A stretch of 64,000 nucleotides of DNA. Origin: Rubripirellula sp. (lineage in GTDB: Bacteria > Planctomycetota > Planctomycetia > Pirellulales > Pirellulaceae). This document shows positions 46,214 to 57,800 of this stretch, piece by piece. The stretch is taken from the NCBI GenBank assembly GCA_965216875.1, contig OZ244207.1:2816001-2880000 (forward strand), read 5' to 3'. The notes beneath the pieces were generated by a model. It saw only the letters and a list, made by a program, of their open reading frames with translations, was not told the DNA's origin and did not search any database. The first letter of the stretch is position 1; every line of letters starts with the position of its first letter. The position numbers were made by a program, and so were the translations under genes.

Positions 46214-48256
46214 TCAATCGGCTTGGTCCAACGAAGCGGCCATGGTCGCTGTGATTCGCGGGACAGCCCCGGGAGCCCGATCGAGCATCGGCAAAATTGA
46301 CTGAAACGTCTTGCTCAATCGATCGCGGTACGATGCTTTGGCCGTGTGCGTCGCAAGATACAACAGGTTCTCGGCCGAGACGCTCGTCCCCGATGGAATC
46401 GCACCATCGGCCGGATCCTTGACGCGAACGATAAGCGTCGGATGATCTTTGGACGTAAAGAAGAACCCGCCCTCTTTCTCATCCCAAAACCATTCAAGCT
46501 GAGCATCCATCAACTTGGTTGCCGACGCGAGCCACTTCGCATCACCGGTGGCTCGGTGCAAAGCTATCAGTCCCGAAATCATAAATGCGTAGTCGTCGAT
46601 GTAGCCGTTTAGCTTTGCCTCGTTTGAGGCGAAACTGCGTCGCAACCGACCGTTTTCGTCAGCGAGACGATTGAGCACGAAATCAGCTGCCGTCGCCGCG
46701 GCACCGACATAGTCTTCGCGTTGCAGAATCCGCCCGGCATCTGCCAGGCCCGAGATCATCAAGCCGTTCCAAGCCGTCAAGATTTTGATGTCGGTGATCG
46801 GCCGCGTGCGCCGGTTTCGACGCGTGAACAATTCGCTGCGAGACGCTTGGAGGCTCTTGGTCAATTCGCCGTATTCGAGCATACGATCACGTGCAATCGT
46901 CGAAAGGGGCTTGCCCGGATCGGGAACAAAGTACTCCCCCTCGAAGTTTGGCTTGCCCAAAAGCCGAAACACTTCAGCAAACCGAGCGAAGCCGTCAACT
47001 TCCTTTTCGATCTCTTTGATCTCCTCCTCCGTCCAACGGTAGAACTTGCCTTCTTCGCCTTCGCTGTCCGCGTCAAGTGCGCTGTAAAACGCTCCTCCAG
47101 GAGCTCTTAATTCACGCAGCACAAAGTCGCATGTTCCCTCGACGACACTTTTGTATTCAGGATTCTTTGTGAGCTGGTACGCCTCGGCGTAAACGGACGC
47201 GAGTTGGCCGTTGTCATAGAGCATCTTTTCGAAGTGCGGAATTTGCCAGCGACGATCGACGCTGTAGCGATGAAAGCCACCTCCAAGATGATCGTACATC
47301 GCACCCGAGATCATGCCATCGAGTGATCGAACAAGCATTGCGAGTGCCTTGTCGCGACTCTCTTTTGCAACCGATTCTCGCGTTGATCGATCGAGAAGGA
47401 AAACAAGATTCGACGGTTCCGGGAACTTGGGCCGATTCGGGTTGGCAACCGAATAGCCGAAGCCGCCATAGGTGGGATCGAACTGATCCTCCAACGCCGA
47501 TGCGACGCGACCGATGTATGCCGTGTCAAGCGAGATCGTTTTACCATCAAGGTCTTCCGATGATCCCTGGCTAGCCTTGATCGCCTCCGTGATGGTTTCG
47601 GCCTGCGTTTCGACGATGTCTTTCTTCGTCCGCCAGACTTCATCGATTCGCTTGAGCACGGTGAGGAATCCAACACCCGCGCCACGGTCGCCATCGCGCG
47701 GCGGAAAGTAGGTGCCACCAAAAAAAGGACGTGTGTCGGGGAGCAAAAAAACCGACATCGGCCAACCACCTTGTCCGGTGATGAGCTGGACGCTGGTCAT
47801 GTAGATCTGGTCCACATCGGGTCGTTCTTCGCGATCCACTTTGACGCACACAAAGTTTTCGTTCATGAACTTTGCGATCTCGGGATCGACGAACGACTCC
47901 CGTTCCATCACGTGGCACCAATGGCACGCTGCGTAGCCCACCGACAAGAAGATCATCTTGTTTTCGCGCTGGGCGCGTTCAATTGCTTCGTCGCCCCATG
48001 GATACCAGTCAACCGGATTGTGCGCATGCTGAAGCAGATAGGGACTCGACTCGGAAGCCAGTCGATTGGTGTGCGTCGCGTCATGCCCCTGCTCATGTTT
48101 GACACTCGATGGCTTCGTTTTGTCGTTGGTGACCGTGGTGTCTTGCCCCGAGAGGCAGCCAGAAGCGGTGATCAGCAAGGTTGCGATCAGAATTGGGCGA
48201 AATGCCATGAAAAAAGCCAGGGTCGAAGGTTGAAGACACGCGCGAACGGATATCAC
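46214..48256 (-). CDS. YyaL/SSP411 family protein (thioredoxin-like DUF255 + alpha/alpha barrel)
   Basis: [57 protein letters not shown] and [10 protein letters not shown]. Confidence 0.95.
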   Translation of the reverse strand: MISVRACLQPSTLAFFMAFRPILIATLLITASGCLSGQDTTVTNDKTKPSSVKHEQGHDATHTNRLASESSPYLLQHAHNPVDWYPWGDEAIERAQRENKMIFLSVGYAACHWCHVMERESFVDPEIAKFMNENFVCVKVDREERPDVDQIYMTSVQLITGQGGWPMSVFLLPDTRPFFGGTYFPPRDGDRGAGVGFLTVLKRIDEVWRTKKDIVETQAETITEAIKASQGSSEDLDGKTISLDTAYIGRVASALEDQFDPTYGGFGYSVANPNRPKFPEPSNLVFLLDRSTRESVAKESRDKALAMLVRSLDGMISGAMYDHLGGGFHRYSVDRRWQIPHFEKMLYDNGQLASVYAEAYQLTKNPEYKSVVEGTCDFVLRELRAPGGAFYSALDADSEGEEGKFYRWTEEEIKEIEKEVDGFARFAEVFRLLGKPNFEGEYFVPDPGKPLSTIARDRMLEYGELTKSLQASRSELFTRRNRRTRPITDIKILTAWNGLMISGLADAGRILQREDYVGAAATAADFVLNRLADENGRLRRSFASNEAKLNGYIDDYAFMISGLIALHRATGDAKWLASATKLMDAQLEWFWDEKEGGFFFTSKDHPTLIVRVKDPADGAIPSGTSVSAENLLYLATHTAKASYRDRLSKTFQSILPMLDRAPGAVPRITATMAASLDQAD

Positions 48257-48554
48257 ACGATTTTGGCCGATTTATGGCATCGTTTCAGGACCCCTCCCTT
48301 TGGATGCCTCCAACGGGTGGCATCGATGCAATGTGCGAGATATGCCGGATTTACTGATTCCTGGTCGATTTCGATCAGCCCGGGAGGCTGATTTGCTTTT
48401 TCCGTTTGCGGTGTTTGCATAAACTGAGTGCTGAGGGAAAAGTCGCTGGAATTGGCCGAGGAACGAGTCAACGACGGTGCCTTCATCCTCGTCTTGCTTT
48501 TCTTCGACATCGCGAGTCGCCCACTGCGGCTCCGTTATTGCAACCTTCTCGCGC

Positions 48555-51500
48555 ATGCCACCATCGCCATTCCATGTGAACTTCGCCAAAGCGGCGCCCG
48601 CTCTGTGCCGGGCGGTCGTTGCGGCAGCGATGGCTTTCCTTTGCCTCCCGTCGGCCTTTAGCCAGCGTCCAGGCACCACGCCGCCGGCGCAGATCTTCTC
48701 TGGATCAGGCGAAGACTCCGAAGAGTTACCGGTCAAGGCGTTCATGTTCATGAGCGAAGCTCAGAGCACGGTAGTGGTGCCGCGGATGACTTGGGAAGAA
48801 TTGCAGCGGTTGATGGATTCCGAGGCGCAGAGCGAGCTGTACAGCTATCAAGAATTGAGGATCACTGGTCAGGCGGTCGACCACCGCGCGGAAATGGAAG
48901 TCACGCTTGAACTGTTGATTGAGCCGACGGGGAATAAGCTGATCCCCATCCCGCTTCGCATGGGCAATTTCCATCGGCTTGCACCACCGGATGTCACGGG
49001 CGTCGACGATTACTTCATGACGCTCTCGCCCGAAGGCGGCGGCTACATGCTTTGGGTGCGTTCTCAGAATCGACACACCGCGACAATACGCATGGACGTT
49101 TCGGCTCGTGTCGAATCGACTTCGACCCGTTCGCTCGACTTTCAATTGCCCGACGTTCCCTCGACCGTCAAGATCGTCGCGCAGAACCCTAATGTCACTG
49201 GCGATGTGATCGGCCAAGGCTACGAAACGATCGAAACCAAACCAACCGCTGGCGGCGGAAGTGAGTTCACGGTCGAAAGTGGTGGCGGACGATTCACGTT
49301 GCGGTGGGGACGACTGGAACAACAACGTGAAGACACGCCGCTTTTGGAAGTCACCAGTCGCGTGAATGTGAGCTGGGATTCGCCCCAAGACCCACCACGC
49401 GCCAGCGTTCAATTGACGGTCCAAAACGTCAGCAACTCTATCGAGACCCTTGAACTCCGCTTGCCGCGAGGCGCCGAGCTTTCGAATTCAGCAAGCCTTG
49501 GCACTGCGGGACAATCGATCAAGTTTGATCCGCCCAGTGCGGACGAGCTTGGTGACCGACGCACGTTGATGATTCCCGAGAATGAGCGTCAGAAGCGAAT
49601 CGACCTGAACTTCAGTTACAGCTTGCCGGTCAATGGCGGCGCCGTCTCAGCCACCAATCCCCTTGCCTTTCAAGTCCCGCAGGTAGTGGGCGCACTTCGC
49701 CACCGAGGTGAACTGACACTTCAAACCAACCAAGATTACCAACTGCGTTGGAAGACAGAACCTTGGGTCCGTAGCGTGATTGGCGAAGGCACCGAAGACT
49801 CGACCCTTGGTCGAACTTACACCTTCGAATATGACCGCAGCAGTTTCGCGTTGCCGCTCTGGTTGGCAGCCAAAGAACGCCAAGTTCGCGTCACCGCTGA
49901 AATGCAAGTCACGTTTCGCGAGATGACAGCGGCGTTGGACATGGTGATTCGGTCCAGTGGCCGTGCGGCTGATGGGCGCGGCCCACAAGTGGATTTGGCA
50001 GGCTGGCAACTTCAGTCGATCGAAAACGATGAAACTGGCGAGGTCGTCGACTCGTTCGAAGGTGACGGTTTTCCCGAAATCGATTTTCCGCCAGGCGCGG
50101 GCGCCCCGCCGCCGATTCGCTTGCGCGCTGAAAAAACCTTTGACACAACCACCAAGAGTGTCGCCATCGAGTTGCCGCGAATCGTCAAAACGGACACAGG
50201 ACTGCTTGTCCCTACATCGCAAGTTGAAGTGGTCAATCAAGGCCGATACTTCCTCGTTGTCAACTTGGACGATTCGAGAAACTTGGAACGGATTGCCACA
50301 GGCGATGCCAACCTCGATGACACGGCCAGCGTCTATCGCATCGAGTCTCACCAAAGCAACGCTGTCTTGGCTGGTCGTATTGTCGAACAACCGCAGCGAA
50401 TCACGTTGGCGAGCGACGGAACCATCGCACTCGATGGCAATCAACTGAAGACTACGGTCGATTGGACAGTCACATCCCGACTTGATTTGGAAGGACGGCT
50501 CCCGATCCGTTTTCCGATCGTTAACGACAACCTCGCTTTGCAGACCAACGGGACGCTCCCGCCGCTCGAGCCCGATACGGCTTTGGCCAATCCTCCGGCA
50601 CCTTCTGTGATTGAATCAGCCAGAGAATGGACCGTGACCGTTGCCGGTGTGCCCGCGGCGCTGACGCCCGTTGGTGAAGACCGATTCGAACTCGTGTCTG
50701 ATCGACTCGCCGAAGGGACGGTTGCGATACGCTGGTACCGCACGACATCGATTCGACCTGCCACGGTTGGCGATTCCTTTGAATCGATTGCACTTCCCCG
50801 ACCGGCAATCGACGACGTGACCGTTCGCGGTGCCGTACGAATCGCGTTGGTCGGCAGTCCCGAGACGGAACTGATTTCAAGTGAAGCGGCAGCGGGTGAG
50901 TTGCGGCTGGATGCCTTGCCGCCAGATCCAATCCGACTGCGCATGCGATCGCGCAACACGGCAAGAGAAGAGCTTTCGATCAGCCAAGCGGTTTTGCGAA
51001 CCGCGGTTGGACTCAACACCCGGCACGAACAATTGTTGTTGAAGATTCGTGGTGGCGACGATTTGCGAATCGGTTTGCCGTCCGGCTTGGGCAACGTCGC
51101 CGTCGAAGCTTATGTCGACAGTAACGCGGTGACTGTCCGACGCGAAAGCGACACGATGCTCTTGTCGCTTCCAGGCGACCAAGTCACTCACGTGGTTGAC
51201 TTGCGCGTTTGGATGCCCGAATCAGCATCGGGAACAACGAAAAACATACGCCCCATGTTGCGTCTGCCGATCGGTGTCGGCCGCGTCTATTGGCAAATTG
51301 TGACGCCACGCGACAGCCATCTCCTTTGGGCATCGCCAACGATGGGTCGATCGATGTCCTGGAGTTTCGCTCCCTGGAAACTCGGTCGTCAATCAACTCA
51401 CGACGACCGAGCGCTGACGGCGATGGTTGGGTCTCAGCCGCATCCGATGCCACCTGGAAACGACTATCTGTACATCGGAAGTGACGTTCGGTCATTCGAA

Positions 51501-51890
51501 GTCATTTCGGTCTCGCGCGTTGCATTGTGGTTGGCGGTGGGTGTCGTGGTTTTGTTGACATCGGTTGTGTTGACCTACATCCCCCAATCGCGTCACCCAC
51601 TCTCTGCCGTCTTCGCTTCGGTCGTGTTTGCAGGATTGTTGACGATCGCACCCGATGCCGCCGTCTTGCTCGGTCAGCTTGCCGTGATCGCGCTGGTGCT
51701 TGTGATCGTCATGATCGCCGTTCGCGCGTTGGTTGCTCCATCGCGCTCGGATCGATTGCTCCCCTCACGGGACCTCAAGCGCCGCACCGACGCGTCAACA
51801 CAATCCCTGCCCGTGCCGCCGAACCAGGAACGGCGTTCCAGCATCTCGCAAACACGTTCCCTTCCGCCACAAGCCGAGGCCCAATCGTGA
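48555..51890 (+). CDS. Large hypothetical membrane-anchored protein (about 1100 aa)
   Basis: Signal peptide, long beta-rich region and three C-terminal TM helices; start uncertain. Confidence 0.85.
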   Translation: MPPSPFHVNFAKAAPALCRAVVAAAMAFLCLPSAFSQRPGTTPPAQIFSGSGEDSEELPVKAFMFMSEAQSTVVVPRMTWEELQRLMDSEAQSELYSYQELRITGQAVDHRAEMEVTLELLIEPTGNKLIPIPLRMGNFHRLAPPDVTGVDDYFMTLSPEGGGYMLWVRSQNRHTATIRMDVSARVESTSTRSLDFQLPDVPSTVKIVAQNPNVTGDVIGQGYETIETKPTAGGGSEFTVESGGGRFTLRWGRLEQQREDTPLLEVTSRVNVSWDSPQDPPRASVQLTVQNVSNSIETLELRLPRGAELSNSASLGTAGQSIKFDPPSADELGDRRTLMIPENERQKRIDLNFSYSLPVNGGAVSATNPLAFQVPQVVGALRHRGELTLQTNQDYQLRWKTEPWVRSVIGEGTEDSTLGRTYTFEYDRSSFALPLWLAAKERQVRVTAEMQVTFREMTAALDMVIRSSGRAADGRGPQVDLAGWQLQSIENDETGEVVDSFEGDGFPEIDFPPGAGAPPPIRLRAEKTFDTTTKSVAIELPRIVKTDTGLLVPTSQVEVVNQGRYFLVVNLDDSRNLERIATGDANLDDTASVYRIESHQSNAVLAGRIVEQPQRITLASDGTIALDGNQLKTTVDWTVTSRLDLEGRLPIRFPIVNDNLALQTNGTLPPLEPDTALANPPAPSVIESAREWTVTVAGVPAALTPVGEDRFELVSDRLAEGTVAIRWYRTTSIRPATVGDSFESIALPRPAIDDVTVRGAVRIALVGSPETELISSEAAAGELRLDALPPDPIRLRMRSRNTAREELSISQAVLRTAVGLNTRHEQLLLKIRGGDDLRIGLPSGLGNVAVEAYVDSNAVTVRRESDTMLLSLPGDQVTHVVDLRVWMPESASGTTKNIRPMLRLPIGVGRVYWQIVTPRDSHLLWASPTMGRSMSWSFAPWKLGRQSTHDDRALTAMVGSQPHPMPPGNDYLYIGSDVRSFEVISVSRVALWLAVGVVVLLTSVVLTYIPQSRHPLSAVFASVVFAGLLTIAPDAAVLLGQLAVIALVLVIVMIAVRALVAPSRSDRLLPSRDLKRRTDASTQSLPVPPNQERRSSISQTRSLPPQAEAQS

Positions 51891-54800
51891 CCTACGAGTC
51901 ATCTGCGGTTGGGCAAGACCGAGCTGGCTTCCTGGTCCAATCCGTTCCACGAATCGTCGTCGCGTTGTTGCTGGTCGCCAGCCTCGTCGGCCCAAAAACC
52001 TGTGCGCAGCAGCCTTCAGGTGATGCAATTTTGCCGCCGACCCTTTCCGATGGGCGACCACTTCGTCCGATCGGCTTCTTTCAATCTCAAGCCCCCGAGT
52101 TGGTGCCTGAGGATTACTTTCCCGTCGAGGTCGACGAGCTGAACGCGGCGATCCGAGAGCGACTCGAATCAACCGTCGATGACCGATCGAGCCGCCTTCG
52201 AAGTGCCGAGTATTGGATTCGAGTCGTTGACGGCACATTGGTCAGCGATCCTTCGATCATCGACTTGGAATCAAACCGCGAGGGAATCGTTCGACGCAAC
52301 TTGGGCAAGGTTAACTTTGCGATTGATGGACCGCAACGAAGTGAGAATTCCAACGCTTTGTCGACACTGCCTCGGCTCGAATCGAGTCCCAACGGCGATT
52401 TGCACGTTGTGTTTCAATCGGATGCCAGCACGAAATCGGATGTCGAGTTCAAGTGGCGTCTGTTTGGCAAGAATGTCGGCTCAGGACACGACTTCCTTTT
52501 GCGGTTGCCACGCTGCCCGCAAACGCGGATTGTTCTTGCGGCGCCGAGCGAACTGGTCGTCGATTCGCTCGACGGCGTTCTCCGCAAACGACCTGCTCCT
52601 CCGCCTGACGCAGGACAATTCCTAACCGACGCAAACACACGCTGGTATGAACTTGATGCCGGTGGCTTGACCAGCGTGCGGTTAAGGACGCGACGTTCCA
52701 ACCAATCGCAACAGTCCGAAACGATCGTCGTTCGTCGCACTTCGTTCCAATACTCTGTCAACGCTGGGCTGCTCGACTGGGAAAGTCGGATGATCGTGCA
52801 GGTCCCCGCCAATCGCAAGCTTCCGCCCGTGATCGTGTCGCCGACGACCATTACCTCGGTGCGCGTCAACGGCGTTGAGACCACCTTTTCGACAGACACA
52901 CGCGACCGCAATCGCCATCTGGTCAACATCGACCTTCCCGGTGACATGTACGGGACCACTAGCCCCGCCACCACGATCACTCTCAGTGGCAAAGGCACTT
53001 GGGAGGAAACCAGCGGTTGGTGCAACCTGCCGATGCCCGTGCTTGTGGACCAGCAAGTCGTCCACGCCTCGACTGCTGACGAAATGCAGATGTCCGTCCC
53101 GCAGAATCTGGATGTCATGCAATGGCAAATCCCAGCAGGTTGGAAGCGAAAACACAGCGTGGATGCCGGACGGATCGTGTACCAAGCGACTGGACCTCCA
53201 CAAATCACTCCGCCAATCGTGGGTGCATCCGCGACCAATCGGTCGCGTGTTCGTCTGCGCGACGCAGGCCCGATGCAACTGGCCGACTCGCAACTTCTCG
53301 TCGAAGTCACTTCGGCGGGACTTCGAGCCAAAGCTCAGATGAACGTGACGCTGCGTGACAACCAGCTGGAGCCAATTGATTTTGAATTGCAACGCGGCTG
53401 GACACTCGATTCCGTCTCGATCCCGTCGTCGAAACGTGACATCGACATTTCAAGGCAGCTCAGCGCTCGACGATTGACGATCTGGCCAGAAGCTGCGGAC
53501 GTCGCCGACGGTCAACTAGCCATTGAATTCAACGGCACTTCGCGCGTCGGTTTGGTGCAGCGACGCGTGATGCCAACGTGGTTTTGCCGCCCGACGCACC
53601 TTCGCGGTACGTCCACCATCGCTGTGGTTGCGCCAACCGACTTGAATTGGAGCGGTGATGCAGCTGCGAAAATCAAACGCATGGATGCCGACGAGCTATC
53701 GGATGCTCAGCGCGAGTTCTTTGGGAACGTCAAAGAGACAACGCTACTTTTTGAGCCCGCAAGCGGAATGACTCCGGCGCTGACGCTTCAAGCACCCGGT
53801 GTCTCCTTTAACGTTTCAACAACACTGTTGCTGCAAAGAGACGGAAACGAAATCGTTGAATCATTGATCATCGAAACCGATTCCGAAAGCCAAGTCTTGC
53901 CGGAATTGACCGTCCAAACCGGATCATCACAGGGTCGGCCGCCCTATCGATGGCTTCTGCAAGCAGTCGCCGGTGATTCCCCGCCGATCTCGCTTCCCTC
54001 GACCGATGCGCGATCGGGAAGCGTTGAGGGCGAGGTGACGATTGACGTTTCGGACCGGACGCTACGCGATCGCCGATTGGTCGGTCGCCGCCGCTATGCA
54101 TTGGACGGTGACTTGTCGATCCAGCTCCCAAGTGTTCCCTCGGCTGCGTCTCAAAGCTCGAGTGTGCATGTTGGCAGCGGGCTCGTGCTGAAAGAAAAAG
54201 ACAGTTCGGTGCTGAGCATCCCGGCCACGCAGGCGGGTGACGAAATCGCCGCATCTGTGCCTCTCACACAATCGACAAGCGAGGGATCGAACTCGCAAAA
54301 CCTCGTCACCCGGTTGCGATACGATGCCGTCAAAGAACCGACCATCGTCGTTTCAAGACGAGAACTCGATCCGAACGTGACCATCGTCTGGAATGAAGAT
54401 GTTCGAATCAAAGCCTCGAGTCGCGGCACGGACTATATCGAAGCGACCTACCAAGTTTCGACCACTCGGCCGTTTGTCATCGAACATGAACCAGAATTGA
54501 AGGTCGTCTCAGTGCTTCGAAATGGCGAACCGGTCGACCTTGCCGACGTACCGCAACGCCCCATCTCGCTATTACCTGGCCCACCCAACGAGACCATTCG
54601 AATCGTTTGGAATCGAGACCAAATCAGTCGCCAATGGTTTCGCCAATGTCGCGTGCCTAAACTCGAAGCCTCTGGGATCAAGGTCAAGTCTCAGTATCGC
54701 CTTCAAGCGTCGTCGGATACGTTTGCCCCGATCGCGTTGTTGCAACCACCGACGCTACTTTCGGAACAAGCCATCGCGATGACACCCGGTCAATACGTCG

Positions 54801-57800
54801 TGCTCTTGCGACGCAATATCGCCTTGGCACTCGGTTGGTTCTGTGCAGCGATCGTTTTCGCAGCCTCGTGGTATGTCGCCCGCCGGTCTCCCTTTGCGAT
54901 TGCGATTTGGGTCGTCCTGATGATCGCGACCGCATGCCTTTGGTGGCCTTGGCACCTGGCGATTGTTGGATGGTTCACCGTGCCTGCGGTCGCTGCCGTC
55001 TTGTTGGTAGTTTCGCTCGCTTGGACGATCGACGGAAGCCGGTTCCAGCGAAACCGCGAAGACATCCGTGTCGCCGACTCCTCAGAGCAGTCGGCAATTC
55101 CTACTGAAGATTCGCATGCCTTCTCGGTCGCCTCGATCAGCAAAACCCTGGGCATCTTCCTCTTCATCGTCAGTTGCGCGGTCGCCGTCGCTCGCGCACA
55201 GACGCCAAGCTCGCCGCAAACGAGGGCGGTCAACGTTCTGATTCCGGTACTCGAAGATGGCGAGTTGTCCGGCACAACGGTTTACATTCCGAAGTCCCTA
55301 CACGACGAACTCTTCCTCCGCCCGTCGAGCAGCCTACCGCAAGAAGCGTGGTTTCAATCGGCAAGCTACCGAGTGCAAACCAACAACAGCCGCGACTCGA
55401 GCAAGCAACAACCGCCGTTAGTCGAAGCCGACTTGTTGCTGCATATCGAAAGTGGTGATCGCCAAACCAATCTCACCAAACTGCCTTATGCATTTTCGTC
55501 CGTGCGTCGAATCGAAACGATTGGTGAATTGAGCCGAATCATTCAATTCAACAAAGCGGATGATGGCACGGTCGTCGCAAGGCTCCCGCGCGGCAACGCG
55601 TTTCGCTTGCGAGTGACTTTGATCCCCGCAATGAGTGAATCAGATCAGTGGGAAAAGCTGTTTCTCTCGATCCCGCCGATTGCTTCGTCCCGGCTGACTG
55701 TCGAAGGCGACCAGAACTTTGCCGCCGTGCGCGTTGGTGGCACTTCGGGACGACTGATGAAGGAGGCCGATCTACTGCGTTGGATTGACGAAATCGGACC
55801 GGTCAATTCGCTCGAAGTTGAGTTTCAAAAGCCAACACGCGGGGCCGGTTCGCAGCCACCGCTCCAACGCCGCTATTGGCTGAACATTTCCAATCGCCAT
55901 GTCGCCATCGACTGCGAAGTCGACCCGCCCGTCATCCCTACCGTGGGGCAAACCGTCCAACTGGTGATTCGTGACCAAGAACTTCCAACACTGACCTCAT
56001 CGGCCTGGGGGCTCGTCAAAACAGAACTCGTCAGTTCCTCGCGCCAACTACTGACGCTCGAATGTCTGAGCAGCAACCCCGGTCCGGTTCGTTTCTTTTG
56101 GTCGCGGCCGCTGTTCGATGCCGCCGATGGCGAAGACACCGCTTCCATCGAAATCCCCGAAGTGATTGCCCCCGCGCTCGGTGCAAACTCCGAAGGTTGG
56201 ATCGCCTTCGACCTGGCCGACGATGTCAAACTTACGGACATCAGCGAGCAAGTGGAAGCGTTGTCGATCGATCATTTCCTCGCAGGCTGGCAGGGCTATC
56301 GAGGCACGAAGCCCGACCGGGCCCGAATCGCGGTCAATCGAATTCCCGCGATCACGATTGCTCGAGTTGTACCGCGCCCGCCATCTGCAAAATCATCACA
56401 CCATCTGCATATCTCGCGCAGTCAATCACAACTTCGATACCGCGCCACGCTTGAGCCAGGTGATTCCACCAGCTTGCCGCGCACCTTGAAACTGCCGCTC
56501 GGCATGAGATTGTTGGATGTGCGAGTCGATGGCAAACGAATCGAAGCGTCGATCAACACGCGCAAGCGTCCCAATGAGGTTGCGCTGGGCGTTGTCTCTA
56601 GCGAAGAGCCAGTCGAAATCGAAGCCACCGCCGTATTGGACTTCTTTGGAAAGAGCAGGATGGCTCTTCCTCGGTTCAGGCTTGACCCGATGGTTGATAC
56701 GGATGAGTCGTATTCGATCTCGCGAACCCGCGACGTCAAAATCACCTTCCCCACGGCAATCGCGAAAATCTCAAACGAGTCAATCGGAATCAACGACCAA
56801 TTCCTCGAACGTGGTTGGGTGCCCGAAGCAAGCTGGGTCCGAAAAAGCACTGATCAAGGTCCGATCGCGGGCGGCCGAATCAGTGTAACGCCACTCACTG
56901 CGACCTTTGCGTGCAGTCAATTGATTGCGCTCGACCGCGAAGACGGACGTTGGTCGATGAACGTCGATGTTCGCTTCCACTCAAACAAGATCCCTGACTT
57001 CGTCGATGTTGAATTGCCAAAGGCATGGACCTCCTCGTTGGATGCATCGCCCACGCAAAACTGGATCCTGTTGCCTTCGGTAAACCCAGCCAACCAACTG
57101 GTACGAATTCATTGCGATCCAAAGCGACTCCGCGATGGCGATGGCTCGAACGGCGCAGGCCCCACGTTCGACCGCACGCTTTCGATTCGCGCCTACTTGG
57201 ATGATGCCGAAAATGGTCGCGTGGCGGCCCCCAACGTGCGCGTGCTGGGCGATGGTGCCCGCAACGTCCAGATCGCTGTGCCAACGCGACTCGGCCAAGA
57301 TGCGGTGAGCTGGCGAACGAGTGCCGTTGAAGCGAGCCAGCTCGATCAGGCATGGCGAAAACAACGCCCCGAACTTGCACGACGAAGCGTCTTTACCGCT
57401 GCCAAGCGTGAATGGTCGGTCGAACTAGCGCCGCGACCACAAATCGAAGCTGACGCGATGGCAACCACGATGGACGCCCGCGTCTTTCCTCGTGCCGACG
57501 GCGCACTAGTCATCGCTCGATGGGACATCATTCCAGGCGGTCTCGATTCCATCGATGTCGTCGTCCCCAATGGTGCTTCTTGCCTCGGCGCGTGGACCGC
57601 TGGTCGAGCCGTGACAGCGGTGCCCGTCTCTGAAAGCGACTGGGCCAAAGCGGGACAAGTCTATCGCTTGCCGCTCGCACTCAGTCAGCTCGCTCAGCCG
57701 GTCGAGTTGATGTTGCACGTGCCGACCACCAAAACACGCCAAGGACAATACCTGCCCGAACTGGTCAAGATTCCCGTCACTCAACGCTGGCTTGCGAGCT

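Noticed and set aside
51527..51886. N-terminal 120 aa of the 2328-aa ORF
   Set aside because: It overlaps the TM-coding end of the upstream gene in another frame. GTG 51887 with a stop/start overlap is the more plausible start.
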